The notes below the pieces were generated by a model that was not told the DNA's origin, did not search any database, and saw nothing but the letters and a program-made list of their open reading frames with translations. Positions 1 to 13,700 of a stretch of DNA of 64,000 nt are shown here, piece after piece. The position numbers were made by a program, and so were the translations under genes. Origin of the DNA: the human T2T-CHM13v2.0 reference genome, Homo sapiens; NCBI RefSeq assembly GCF_009914755.1, contig NC_060934.1. One strand, written 5' to 3'. Each line of letters begins with the position of its first letter. Position 1 is the stretch's first letter.

Positions 1-374
1 TCTATAACATAGTAGTTGATCCACAGACCCATTAATGCATCTAAGTGAGGGGTCTGGTTTAATGAGGCTATTCAGCATATTCATGGTCCTGCCTCTGGTT
101 TAATTCTGTCACTCAGGAATCCAAGCAAGCCCAGCACCATGGATGCTGCCTGCACCTGTTGTGCTTTATCAAAGAGTGACTTTTAAGTTTTTTGTACTAT
201 ATTACCAAATGTTCAGAGAAGGAAGTTTTCATGAGGGCCGTGAAATAATTGGAACAACTCTTTCTAGGAAGTCATGGACCATGTGAGTTCATTCTGTAGC
301 ATTCTTATTTTTTCAAAGCACTCTGTCATTTCTTTTGTATTGCATTCTTGTGAAGTAAGGAAGGCAGGCATTCC

Positions 375-490
375 CAGCCCCATTTTACAGATGTGGAATC
401 TGAGAGTCTGAGTTTAGTGGCTTGTACAGAGTCACATGGGCCCTGAGACCCAAGGCCTGAGACCCAAGCCCTGATTTCCTGTTTTGTGGT
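375..490 (-). mobile_element. MIR SINE fragment
   Basis: Degenerate MIR core CCCATTTTACAGATGTGGAATCTGAG...GTCACATGG; contains a small 14-bp tandem duplication CCTGAGACCCAAG(G/C) at ~442-474. Confidence 0.6.
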
Positions 491-2364
491 CATTGCACTC
501 TTTTTTGCAAATAACAACTCAATGGACATGTCAAAGTGGTGTACACAAAGACTGAGTACACTTACATATAGCACACTGAGCACACAATGAGTTTAATATG
601 TGCAAATTCCTGAGTAAGAGTTGTTAGGATTTAGTTTTGATTTGATACTCAACAGCCCCTCTTTACTGCCACACCCGTGTTTCAACCTGTTGCTGACCAT
701 TCTCTTTAACAGAGGCACACACACACAAATATGCATTTAAGGATGATCACACTGCTCCCACAAATTAAATAAAAAGTTATTTTGGAAGAAAGACGGATGA
801 TGTCATTCATAATTAGACCCATTATTGAACAAATGGCTATCCTGTGTAACTCTAGGCTGGACATAGAGAAGGCCAGAACTTTGCAAAAGAATTGTCCCTA
901 CCCTGAGAGGCTGGCATTGTAGTTGGGGAGATGAGAAGATGCAATTAGATAACACAGGGAAGTGTGTAATCAGTTGTCCATCATGAGCTATGAAAACCTT
1001 TATTTCCCTAGGATTTTGGGGAAAGTAGGGTCACTGTGGGATGGAGGAGTCAAGGAAGCAGCATGGGTCCTTAAATTCTCGTAACAAAGGATCTTAGGTG
1101 CTAGGTGGAATTTGGATGAAGGGAATGGGAAAAGGAAGACGATTCTATCACACTATAAGCTCCAAAAATTTGGGGTTCAGAGAGGAAACATCAGATAGCT
1201 GTAAAGAGAAGGGATCCATCGTCTTCTGATTATATTTGTTAGTTTCCAGAGGAACTTACAGAGTGCCCAAATCACTGATTCCTGGGACGTTTTGCAAATA
1301 AAAGTCCCAAGGGTTTAGGTATAAAAGGATAAAAGCCTGGACCACCAAATGTCTTGCAGACTCAATACTTTGGACTTTAGCTGTGGGTGTCCCAGATTTC
1401 CTAGTTGTCATTGCTATGTCATCACCATCATCATTATCCACATGTGACATGTTTGCAGAGCTCTTGATGGGGGAGGTTCTGTGGTATTAGAAAACTTGTT
1501 TCCCTGGAGTCTCCTTAAGAATATAAAACTGACCCTAAATATGAATCAGTATTTTACCAAGTAATTGCCAAACAGCAAACAAGTATGAGCTCAGAGGGAA
1601 GAGTTAACTTTGGGCTAAGATATCTAGGATGGTTTCAAAGATGAGATGGGACCCAACTGGCTCTTGACAAGTATGTGGGCTCAGCGTGTTAGATGAATGA
1701 GTAGAAGATGAATGGCAAGACCATTGCAGATCTTTGAAAAGACCTTAGAAAACTACCTTTGGAGATGTGTGGAAGTAGGAATATGATGGCATGTTTGGGA
1801 AAGAGTAGACCAGCTTTTTTGAAGAGCCGGGTCCTTGTGGGATATTAGGTAAAAGGAGGAGAAAGGGGCTATGATATGGGGTCTTTAATGTCAGTTTGAA
1901 ATGTCTAAGAATTTAGATACAAAGTATTATAAAACCACAAAGGTAATCAGGAAATTCTAGATTGTTGGAAAATCATAGGAGCTAATAGATTTTTTAAAAT
2001 ATGAATGATTCTAAAAGATGGATGATTTGCTGTTACCTGTTATGGTAACTGCATCTGGATGCAATGTGAGCTTTGTTCTAGTAGCAATTCATTATGAGAT
2101 ACTTACAGATTATTTTCTCACCTAGTCTTGAATAAAAATGTAATAAATACCCATCCAAGGGGCTGTTGACAAATTGCAAACATAATATGCCACAGACCAG
2201 AATTAAGTCAAAGCATTGCCTAAGGTTGGGCTTCAGAGTCACAAGTGGTTGCTTGGACGCTGAGCTGTGATTTTAGGAGTGGGTGGTTTGCCCTGAGCCA
2301 TCGGCATTCTGCTTCCTGATCACTTTGTGTAGGAAAATAAGGTGGCCTGAGGTGTGCATTCCCT

Positions 2365-2830
2365 GTACTGGTCAGGAAGCTTTGAGTGACAAGTGAAAGA
2401 AATGAAACTCAAACCTTAACCAAATGAAAAACTTAACTAAAAATCCAGCATGGAAGTAGCTTCAGTCATGGCTGGAGCCAGAGAGGCTCAGTGTGGTTAT
2501 GAGTCTGGCTTTTTCTCTCTCTGTTTCCAATGCTGCTTTCCTCATTGTTAGTTTCATGTTCCAGCAGACTCCATGTGATGGGAAACGTGTGTTCTGGCAA
2601 TTTAGAGCTTGCATTGACCAAAGGAGAGTAGGTATATATTCTCTTTCTCTTCCTTTCTTCATTTTATCCCTGAAATTGTTGACCCCACTTGGATCATGTG
2701 TCTACCCCACCTCTGGACCAATTACTGGTCAGCTTGAGGAGGCAGAACTCTCTAATTGACAGCCTCATCAGAATAAAATGGAGTCGGGAGAGCAGTTTCC
2801 GAAGGAAGGGACATGGGCCAGACTAAAGTG
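2365..2830. mobile_element. Old MaLR LTR (MLT1J/K/L-like)
   Basis: Segments GACAAGTGAAAGAAATGAAACTCAAAC, TTCAGTCATGGCTGGAGCCAG and GGATCATGTGTCTACCCC...CCAAT resemble old MLT1 LTRs as recalled. Confidence 0.5.
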
Positions 2831-4097
2831 GGGGTGGGTAGGGAGGGAGAGATCAAAGTGATACCAACTGACGCTGACTGTCACGGGGTGGGGCTTTATG
2901 GTCTTTTGGCTTTAGGTGCTCTCCGGTCCACACAGCCAGCCTCATGCCTAGAATAAAAGGCAGGGGCTCAGCCTTAGCCTGGAGTACAACAAAGGATGTG
3001 AATATCAGAGACAGGGACCTATTGGATCTCACAGCCAACCACAGCCCAAGCTTTTTAAGTCTGTAGAAAGTGACTTACCTCTTTGAATTTTTATTCCGAA
3101 TTCCAGTTAAAGTTATTCATACTGATAGAAGACTATTATTGCTTAGCCTTCAGAAGAAGAAGAGGTTGAAGTTCTTCCCTTAGAAGTTACCAGAATTTAA
3201 TTCGTGGAAAGTTTTCCATCTTGCATTTGCTGTACTTGGACTAAGGCTCTTGTAGGAGATAAAATCCCTGGCTTTTGTTCCTATTTACTGTGAGTTCTAC
3301 CTCTCTGGAAAACAATCTGGGCCTGGAGAAAATATACATAAGCAATGTTTAGCATTTACCTGTTAGGGTCTTATAAAAATCTCATAGCAAGTGCAGTTAA
3401 TACATCCTTTCCAAACCATTTGTTTGGAGAAAGAGGACAAGGGGTAGGAGACGGATCTGATTTTCTCCATTTGGCTGATACAGGAAGTAGTACATAGGAG
3501 GGTTAAGAGATTTTCAAAGGAATATTAGTGGCAAAACTGAAAGACAGAAAATTGCACTCTTAATTACAAATCAGTTTTCTTAACAATCGGTCTTTGTCTT
3601 TTCTGATTCTAGTATGTTATTTCCTTTCAAAAGGGTAGCACCTTCAACAGTCACTTTCACTGGAGAGCCCATTCAAATCCATTGGTGAGCCCAACGGATC
3701 GTAGCCAAGAAATCATTTAATGAGATCTAGACCATTTTACAAGGCATGCTGGGTTTCCATTTATTGTAGTACTGCATTCAATGTGTGCATTTCTCTGATT
3801 TTTCTTTCAAAATAGAATGAAAAAACTTTGTTTTCTGTAGCTTTCTCACTGATTGCTAATCCTAAGTGCAGTGGTAATGAAGGGTGTAGCTGTCTGGTTC
3901 AAGAGTTCAGGCAAGAGTAGATATTATTGACAAGAGGCTTCTAAGCAGGTATCAAGTATTGAATAAATTTGTTTTGTGATTTTTTTTTCGGTATTGGGTA
4001 GAAAAATTATCCTTTCCAGCACTCTGAACATCAGTAATATTTTATTTAATTTTGGCTGCTATTGTTGATGCTCATGTTGTTATTATGTGAGTTTGTG

Positions 4098-4310
4098 TGA
4101 GGAGCTGGTAAATTTCTTTTGTAAAAGGGCATATTGTAAATATTTTGGTTTTGTGGGCCACCGGGTGAGCTACTGGACTCTGCTATTGTGTGAAAGCAAC
4201 CATACACAATGCATACATGAATGGGTGGGCCTGTGTTCCAATAAAGCTTTATTTACTGAAACAGATGGAGGGTCAGACTTGGCTCATGGGCAGTAGTGTG
4301 CAGACTGCTG
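4098..4310 (-). mobile_element. MER58A hAT-Charlie MITE
   Basis: TGTAAAAGGGCATATTGTAAATATTTTGG...GTGTTCCAATAAAGCTTTATTTAC matches the reverse complement of the recalled MER58A consensus. Confidence 0.8.
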
Positions 4311-4449
4311 GTGTATACAGTCTGTTGGATTCTGTCTATGCGGACCGCTGTGTTTGAGCACAATGGAAACACACTGTGTTTTCATATGGTTTCTGCAGCT
4401 GCCATCCAGTTCCCTTCCTTTTCCCTTCAGAACTGTGTTACAGGATACA

Positions 4450-4773
<324 letters not shown>

Positions 4774-4924
4774 TGATGTTTCCAAGAGCTCCATTTCCAA
4801 TGTTTGCATTTTCATCTTAAGAGCTATGAACCTTGGACTGTACTCAGGGGCCTGATTTTAGTTCTTCAGAAGCAAAGACTGTAAAAATCTTCCTGTTCTG
4901 GTGCTGGGGTTCAGGTACATGGTC

Positions 4925-5180
4925 TAGTGAAATGGCACTAGACAAATGATAATAGAGTGCTAGACTGGGTGACCCTGAGCAAACCACTTAATCTCACTGA
5001 GTCTGGTTTCAACTATACGAATATCTAGCTTGCTCATTCCACAGGGTTGTTGTGAGGATCATTCATTCATTCAGTTTCTCTTTAGTGAGCACATACTTCC
5101 TGCCCTGGCTTTTGCTAGGCATTGGAGAAATAATGGCAAACAAAACAGGGAAAGGCCTACCCTTATAGAGCTTACTTTCA
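4925..5180. mobile_element. MIR fragment followed by L2 3' end
   Basis: GTGACCCTGAGCAAACCACTTAATCTC...GGGTTGTTGTGAGGAT (MIR), then ATTCATTCATTCA...CTAGGCATTGGAGA...GAGCTTAC (L2 tail). Confidence 0.6.
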
Positions 5181-5420
5181 AGTGATCAAATTTGTTGATG
5201 TAAGGGAGAGAACACTTCAAATCGATTGATTATACAAGAAGTTAGATTTTCCTGACCATTTTAAACAAATAGCATCCCAAAGTCCAAGGGAAATTTTGGT
5301 CATTTTATTAAGAAGTTGAAGTCTCAAGAAAGCCAGTTGGATGGCAGTTTAGATAAAATGATTCGGGTTGAGGGCCAGGGCAGGGAAAGAATGAAAACCA
5401 AGTTTAAAAGTGGCCTGATA

Positions 5421-5919
5421 GGTCAAATGGTATTTCTGGTTCTAGATCCTCGAGGAATCGCCATACTGTCTTCCACAATGGTTGAACTAATTTATGTTCC
5501 CAACAACAGTGTACAAGCATTCCTATTTCTGCACAGCCTCGCCAGCATCTATTGTTTCCTGAATTTTTAATAATTGCCATTCTGACTGGTGTGAGATGGT
5601 ATGTCATTGTGGTTTTGATTTGCATTTCTCTGATGATCAGTGCCATCATCCTCAGCAAACTAACACAGGAACAGAAAACCAAACACTGCATGTTCTCACT
5701 CATAAGTAGGAGTTGAACATTGAAAACACATGGACACAGAGAGGGAAACAATACACCGGGGCCTGCTGGAGGGTGGGGGGTGAGGGGAGGGAACTTAGAG
5801 GATGGGTAAATAGGTGCATCAAACCACCATGTCACACGTATACCTATGTAACAAACCTGCACATTCTGCACATGTATCCTGTTTTTTTTTTTTTTTTTTA
5901 AGAAGAAATGAAGAAAAAA
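5421..5919 (+). mobile_element. 5'-truncated, 5'-inverted (twin-primed) L1PA8-like element
   Basis: Antisense ORF2 C-terminal piece at 5421-5642 joined to a sense 3' end at 5642-5919 with A-rich tail; 16-bp TSD AAAAGTGGCCT(G/T)ATAG at 5406-5421 and 5920-5935. Confidence 0.9.
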
Positions 5920-6339
5920 AAAAGTGGCCTTATAGAGCTGCTTTCTACTAAAGTTCACTTCTGAAAGAAATCAGAGAGGTTTTCGACTCCATCAGGGTTC
6001 CAAACCTGAGGAGATTACCATTAAAGTCAGCTAGTCAAGGGTAAAAATTAGAGTGTAGGAGGATTCATTTTGAAACATTGTCAGCAACCAGCTGGAAAAA
6101 AATAGCAGCGACTGTGATTACTAGGAAATTTCTTGGAGGGTGTAGAAGTGTATCAGGTAATCTAATCTGTCACCTACTTCAGTGGCCTTTGGGTGGTTGG
6201 ATAAGCATTTCAGTTTAGAAGTAAATATCACTGAACAGGAGGGAGAATAACATGGTTATTTAAAACTCTGAGGCCTTTTGGCCAGTTTTGGATTTGTTGT
6301 CAGCCAGACCTGATAGCTCATCCAAGTTTCCTTCTATGA

Positions 6340-6648
6340 CTTTTTTTTTTTTTTTTTTAGACAGGGTCTCTCACTGTCGCCCAGGCTGGAGTGCAGTGGC
6401 ACGATCATGGCTTAGTGCAGCCTTGACTTCCTAGACTCAAGTGATCCTCCCACCTCAGCTTACTGAGTTGCTGGGACTACAGGTGTGCACCACCATGCCC
6501 AGCTATTTTTGTTTGTTTGTTTTAATTTTTTAGGGACGATATCTCCCTATGTTGCCCAGGCTAGTCTCAAACTCCTGGGCTCAAGCAATCCTCTGGCTTC
6601 AGCCTCCCAAAAAGCTGGGATTACAGGAATGAGTCACCATGCCCCAGC
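6340..6648 (-). mobile_element. AluJ
   Basis: Poly-T followed by AGACAGGGTCTC...GATCATGGCTTAGTGCAGCCTTGAC...GATCCTCCCACCTCAGC (J-type diagnostics). Confidence 0.9.
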
Positions 6649-8322
6649 TGACTTCTACAGGTTCAACTACAATATTTACAGAGGGAGATCTTTGGGTCCT
6701 GGGTGAGGAGGGAAACTGGGGATGGGGTAGGGATGGGTAAAGGGGTCAACAAATTAGAGGCAGACCTGCTTACAGCCTTCTGAAGATAGACTTTCTGCAG
6801 AATGAATGTGAAAAGGTTTTGTAAAGTGTAATGGACCAATTTTTCCCTAGTACTCTAGGGAATGTGTGTTCCATCCATGCAGATCCTTGCATCGTGCCTG
6901 TAAAATAGCAAACATGCAAGCAACTGTGGAAAGGATCATCTTTGCCATCTTATGTTCAGTGTTCCAGCCATACCAACTCATTTGCAGATCCCCAAATGCA
7001 CTATGTGCCTTTATAGATGCTGTTTTGGTGCTTGGCCTACTCTCCCCCTCTACTTTGCCTTGCTAGCTCTTGCATCCTCTTTAAGAGTGTACACAGGTGC
7101 CCTTTCCTTCCTGGAGGTTTTCTTCTCTCCTCCTCCACCACAAGTCTGGTTCAAATGCTCCACCTTAACCCCCTCTTCCCTCATTTCCCAACCCCAGATA
7201 TGTCTATTATAGCCCATGTCTCAATAAATTGTAGTCATTTGTATTTTATGGTGGAGACCAATTCTTGGTAATTGAAAAATTTGTCTGAACTTTAGGGGAA
7301 TCATTAAAAAATACATAATGCCCTGGACATATTATTTTAACTTAAAGTTTAGAGATGTGTATTTATTTGCTCATCTTTTGATATGGGCAGGCCTTCGTTT
7401 TTTTTTTTTTTTTTTAATTGGTCTGCTGATTAGAGTTCCGGATTATCTTTCTTGTTTAACTCACATCCATAATACATCATCTATGATTTCCAGTGCCCGA
7501 TTTTTTTTTTCATGGAGTAGAAACCAACTGGGAAAGCAATTTAAAGACTCTAGATTCTCCCTACTCCCAGTATTTTATACTTTTCCCACTCACACCGAAT
7601 TAGGTTCAACTACATTTTTAAGTGACTTACCTTTATCAGGTCTTTGCAAAACATTTAACTAAACTTTGACAGAAGCTTTTATTGGTACTCATCTTCTGTT
7701 GATTTACATATTACTTAATTAAACAATGTAATTATAATGACATGTAATGACAATGATAAATGGTTTTGAGAATGGACACGGTTGGCTCCTGTAAACACAT
7801 ACCTCAGTTGTGGGAGAAGCAGTGCTTGTGTATATGAGAATGGAATAACAGGTGACCCGACTGGTAGGAGTAGCATGAAGTAGGCATCAGAAGCAATGGA
7901 GAATCCCAGTTAATCCAGCAGCTCAGTGGAGCACAAGTTAAGGGAGCAACATAGATTGAGCTAGCCCAGTGCCTGTTCGAGTGGATATTCAATAATTTGT
8001 TAAATAAATGTGAGAATGATCCAGGAAGTCGAGAACTTCTGGGGATATGAGCTTCAGGACCACTGGATTTGAACTCGTAATTGGCCATCTCCTCTACCTA
8101 GAGGGGTGCTGGGCCCGAGTCAAAAGCCTAGAACTTAACCACTGTCTGCAAAATGAGACTGTGAAGAGAAATCTCTCTCCAATAACAGGGTGCAGATTTC
8201 TTGCCGAGGCTGCTAGCTGTTGCTGACGAGTGAGTATGAAAGTCTCCCTCCTTGCTCCCTGGATGACCTCTTTGCCATTCCTTCTTGTTTAAGCTCCTCT
8301 TCTTTGGCTCTGAAACCTGTGA

Positions 8323-8679
<357 letters not shown>

Positions 8680-9309
8680 GAGACTAGAGTTTCTTGAGAG
8701 ATATACTACTGAAAGAAGCTATCTGTATTAAAATTCAGTATGTGTAAACTACTTTAATGAACCTGGTTCCACCGTAGCATATGGGAAGTCAGATGGTAAG
8801 GGGTGCGATGTATGCATCAGTGTCCCTCTCCTGGTATAGTCCCACTTCCCTGTGGATAATTTTACCTTACCTATAGGGAGGCACTCACAAGAAGCTTATG
8901 CACACACACATACACATATGTACATTTATGTGTTTTATTTATACCTACATAAACATGTATATGCACACATACATAATGTATACATGTACATCTATAAGCT
9001 ATAGGTCTATAATGACTTTTTCTTCTAAACGTGAGAAGAAAAATGATTTTTTCTTTTAAACGTAAGTGTGGGCACGTGGAAGATTGCTGTGGTTGCAAGG
9101 TCAGCTCTTGCAATCTAGGGACTGTGGAGAGAGACAGAGACTAAAGTTTTTCATATGTGTGTGGTATTGGAGTGGGGGTTGCTTAAATTAATAAGTTAAT
9201 GGAGAGAAGTGTGAGCTATCTGAGGCATCGCATAGAGACAGGGCAGTCAGGCTTATCCACAAGAAGGAGCAGTGGGAATTGAGTCCAAGAGCCAGAAAAA
9301 CATACTGAT

Positions 9310-9530
9310 GTAGTGGCTAAGAGCACGTTTCCTAGTTTCAAATAGTTGTGGGTACAAAATCTGGCTCTGCTACTTACTAGCTGTATATCTAGGCAACTTA
9401 CCTTAGTGTTTCATGGTTTAGTCCATAAGAAAGAGAATAATAGGACTTCCTTCACAGAGCTGGTATGATAATTAGATTTTATATGTAAAGTAATATACAT
9501 AGTGTCAGCCATTCAGTAAGATACTTAAAA
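9310..9530 (+). mobile_element. MIR
   Basis: GTAGTGGCTAAGAGCAC...CTGGCTCTGCTACTTACTAGCTGT...GGCAACTTAC. Confidence 0.65.
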
Positions 9531-11694
9531 ATGTGATATTCTTATAAATATTAATTGTATCTGGGGACAGCACAGGAACCTGCTATGGGGGCACTTTTTG
9601 GTAGTAATTGAGATCTAAAGACCCTCACTGAACCAGACTCTCTGATTAACACTGAGTAGTAAAGTGTAGTTCCAGGTACTTTGGGGCTAGGGGGAATCAA
9701 CGAAGTAGATTTCAGGACCACCACAATGCAGGTTTGCATATAATAGGAGAGAGGTGGCCAACATCCATAGAAGGAGGACCTGAATCACATTCAAGGAAAA
9801 TATATAAATGAATATCAACGATGAGATCCTATCCCATGCAGGGGTTGAGATACCCTGGGCAGTTTGTTTCACCTGCCTTTAATCACTGAGATTAACACTC
9901 AAAGGCTGAGAGCTAGTTAAAATGTATCTGCCTCCTGCCTATTTCCGAAACCAGAATAGAATGCCTGTTGCTTCCCTTCCCCCATCCCCAGCCCACTCCA
10001 AGCCTGTTCTTTATCCCTTATATTAGGAAGGATTTGCCCATGACAGTCTTGAGACCTAATGTCAGATACACTTGGGATGCAGATCTTTTATTGAAGAGAA
10101 GGTTGGACTTGACAGTGAGAGGGGTTGAGATGAATGAGTTTCCATTGTATTTATAGAAACTCAGTGCAATATCTCTCAAGGTATAAATAGAACAATGAAG
10201 TGTTGACAAAGGGGCTGGTTTTCTGTAACTGTGGAAACCCTGCAATTATTCCTGGAACTACACTCGTTGTTTATCTGCATCTGAATTTTAATAAACAGGG
10301 CTCTTGCTGCTTATTCATGAATTTTCAAATGGAAATATCTCTCCCATTATTATCCCCTTCTTGTGAGTCAGGCCCCATCTTGCAAATTTGCAGCTGAGTA
10401 AATATACGGAACATTAGCAGCAATTAGATAATTGGTGCCCCGGATCAGCCCACCCACAGCTGTGAATGAATATGGGCTGCATGAGTGTCACCTGGTGCAG
10501 CCTTCCTGATGGCACTGCATGCCACCACAGTCTTGCAATTAAGCACAGAATTTTACCAGCCTTAGTCCTGGCCCTCCTTTCTCCCAAGAGACCCAGACTA
10601 GCAAGGTAAGTGAGGTTCCCTATTCTTCCAGCTGTCATCATACAATGAGAGATGTTAGGCCAAAGAAGTTGGTAAAGAAGAGAAAGTCCATGTATCTTCG
10701 CTTAGCTGATTGCTAAATTGCTTCTGATAACTTGTTTGGTGCATATAGCCAGCAAAAATTCATGTTTGGATCTGGGCTGGGGAGTTGGGTCATAAATCCT
10801 GTTTTTCTGTAAATCTCCCAAAACTTGCTAGCTCTGGGCTGGCCACATTTTTTCCCCCCCATCATCAGTTTTTTGGCCTCTGGCATTAACTTGGGATTCC
10901 TTTTAGCAGCCATATTTTAATCTCTCTTTCCTTTGGATAATATTTCTTCCAGGCCTCAGACTGCACTGGGTGCCTTTGCCAGCTCATGCTTTGCTCCTGT
11001 TCCTCAGGCAATCACAAAGCCCTTTTGAGGCATATAGATTTTGTTTTTTAATTGCTAGAGACTTCAGGAAAACAGAGTACTATTGCAAAAGGGAAAGTGG
11101 CAAGAGGGCTGCGCCTGCTATTATGACATTATGATGGAGGCTCATTAGCGTGCAGTGGAGCCACTTCTTTTCCTCCTCTGCCTTGGCCACCTGGCCCATC
11201 TCCTCGCTTTTGCTTTTGGTTAGACAGCAATTCTGTCTAGCCCTCCAGTCTCTCACACTCATTCTCCAGCCTCACACTCCCTGGAAGCTTTCCCAGGTTA
11301 CTTCTTTCCTTTTTTATTGCATCCACCTTCTGTGTGTTTGGGAGGAGGCGGGTAGAGAGGGAGTTGGAAATAGTGAGGTAGAGGGGGAGATTTGGGTTGG
11401 GTGTTTGGATCTGGGAATGCGTCACATGGAATTCATTCATCTCCTGGAGATCCTTCCAGGCCACCTCACTGTGTCCCTGCATAGCAGGAATGTCATATTG
11501 GGCAATGAACAGTGGTCTCCAAGGAAAGCTCCAGAAGAAGTTGAAGTCTGGGTGGGATTTTGTGCCAATTCTCCCCTGTTTTTTTGATATGTACCATCCC
11601 TTTATAGGCATGGGATACATTATCTTTTGTTTATTATTAGAATTTTTTTACATTGCTAATATTTAACATCATTCATGTAATACTAAAAGTACAT

Positions 11695-11910
11695 TTCCTG
11701 TACTGAGCACCTACTCTGCTTTATGTACAATTATATATCTTTTCAGCACCCCATGAGATTAATCTTATGATGTCCATTTGACAGATGGGGAACTCAGATT
11801 CAGAGAAGTTTAGGAAACATTACAAGGTCACAACAGCTAGTATGTGGCAAAGATGGAGTCCACACTTAGGCTTAACTAATTGCAAAGCCCATACTCTGAA
11901 ACTGTGCTAA
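11695..11910 (-). mobile_element. MIR
   Basis: TACTGAGCACCTACT...CCATTTGACAGATGGGGAACTCAGATTCAGAGAAGTT...AAGGTCACAACAGCTAGT. Confidence 0.7.
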
Positions 11911-12514
11911 ATTGCAGGACTCAAGTCATTTTGGGATACAATTAATGTCTGACTTGTTCTTTGCTTGAGAGTGAGATGTTATCTGTATAGCCTGCATTTT
12001 GGTTCCTTAAATAATGTGTCCAATTTGGTGAAGCCATTAAAAACACAAACTCAGGCAGTGGTGTTGGTTTTTTTTTTTTTAATTAAAAAAATTTTTTTTA
12101 ACCTTTGCTGAATTTTCCCTTCTAGCTAGAAACTAGTTTTCCCAGTACTCTCTTGGTTCTTACTGCTGCCAACACATCAGATGTATCAACCACCTGAAAT
12201 TGGGCTGCAGGGGTAGAATTTATTTGCAAACATTTTAATTTCCCTGGTGATAAGCAAATTAATTTTGTTGCAACTCTTTAACATTCTAATCGAATGATGG
12301 AATGTCACTGAATGTATTTTACAGATCAAAGACAGCCAACGTCTTCCCATCTTTCAGAAAAAACAGAGCTGAGACCTGAGTCTGCATTTTCCTTTGCCCT
12401 ATAGCCCAACCCAGCTTATCCTCCTGAGCTTGAGAAAAGTCATTTGACTGAGGCTGTCAAATCTGCAATCCAGCCAAAGTGCTGGCAGTCACCTGTGCTG
12501 GGGAAGGACCTTTG

Positions 12515-12815
12515 CTTCATTTATTCATGTATCACATATTTCTTAGGTGTCTACTATGTATGTACCAGGCACTGTTCTGGCTCAGTAGTGAAAAAAACGG
12601 GCAAGTCTCTTTGCTGTTCTCTCAGAGGAGGCAGAGGATAAACTAATGAACAAATGCAATGTACAATCCATGAAGAAGAGCAAAGCAACATAATACATAC
12701 AGAATACTGGGGTTGCTGTTTGAGAGGGCTTCTCTGGGGAGGTGATATTTGAGAAAAGCCAGAATGAAGTGACGAAGAACATTTCAGCCAGAGGGAACAG
12801 CACATCCATGAGGTT
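12515..12815 (-). mobile_element. L2 fragment
   Basis: CATTTATTCA...CTACTATGTATGTACCAGGCACTGTTCTGG...GAGGTGATATTTGAG...CAGCCAGAGGGAACAGCA. Confidence 0.65.
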
Positions 12816-13284
12816 TATGCTCATCTTCAGATCAAACCCCCACCCCCACCTCATCCAGAGCAATGAATTGTCCTGAACTGAATATTCTGTAGTTGTCCAT
12901 TCTTGTGGCTCATAGGAGCTTTCTCCAGACCAACTTCTTTGGAAAATGCTTATTTCATCTGAGTTCCTCTCTCATTAAGAAGTTTAGGGAAAAGTAGACA
13001 GCATCACCATAAAAAGGCAACATGTGAAGCATGAGGAGGAGGGGACAGTAACATGGATTTGCAATTTCTGCCTCTGTTGGCCAAGCAGTGGCATTTGTGA
13101 GTAGATGGAACAAAATGTTGGGAGATTAGATGGACGTTTCCAGGATCATCCATTGCAAATATTTATCAATTTCTTATTATGTGCTAGAGCTTGTGAGATG
13201 AGGTGGAACCACTTTGGTATGCAAGTCCCTTCATCAATAATTTATTATTGTTATTAATTTATTTTTATTGAACAAATCTTAGCT

Positions 13285-13700
13285 GTCATTATTCTTGAGC
13301 ACTTACAATATACCAGGTACTGTTCTAACCACTTTACATGAATTAACTAATTTAATCCTCACAACAGGCCTAGGTTCTTTTATTGTCCATGTTTTATGAT
13401 TGAGAAAAAGGAAGCACAGAGAGGTTGATAATTGCCCAGGGTTGCACACTGACATCTGATCCAGGTTTTAAACTTGGACAGTCTGGGAATGAACATCTGT
13501 AATTTACTGCGGGCCATGCACTGTGGTGAGAGCTGTCAGCTTAGTGCTTTTAAGTGGTGAGAGCTGTCAGCTTAGTGCTCTTATCTTTACATGAGAAAAC
13601 TGAGGCTGGAAAGGTCAAGCGTCTTACTGGAGGCCACATAGTTGGGCAGCTGCAGAATCCAGAATCTAACATGAAATCTAATCTTTCTGGCCGTAAGGCT
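13285..13700 (-). mobile_element. Two MIR fragments
   Basis: TTGAGCACTTAC...TTTAATCCTCACAACA...GCACAGAGAGGTT and ATGAGAAAACTGAGGCT...GGCCACATAG. Confidence 0.65.
13523..13583. repeat. 31-bp tandem duplication
   Basis: GTGGTGAGAGCTGTCAGCTTAGTGCT(T/C)TTA occurs twice with period 31 and one mismatch. Confidence 0.95.

Noticed and set aside
5404-5958. 184-aa ORF on the minus strand
   Set aside because: Chance read-through across the inverted L1 junction (antisense 3'UTR plus ORF2 fragment); not a gene.
6715-6745. G-quadruplex-type motifs (also 2829-2847)
   Set aside because: Very common in primate DNA, with no supporting context.
11150-11620. Overlapping 145-aa and 127-aa ORFs
   Set aside because: No recognisable domain or convincing exon structure; expected by chance.
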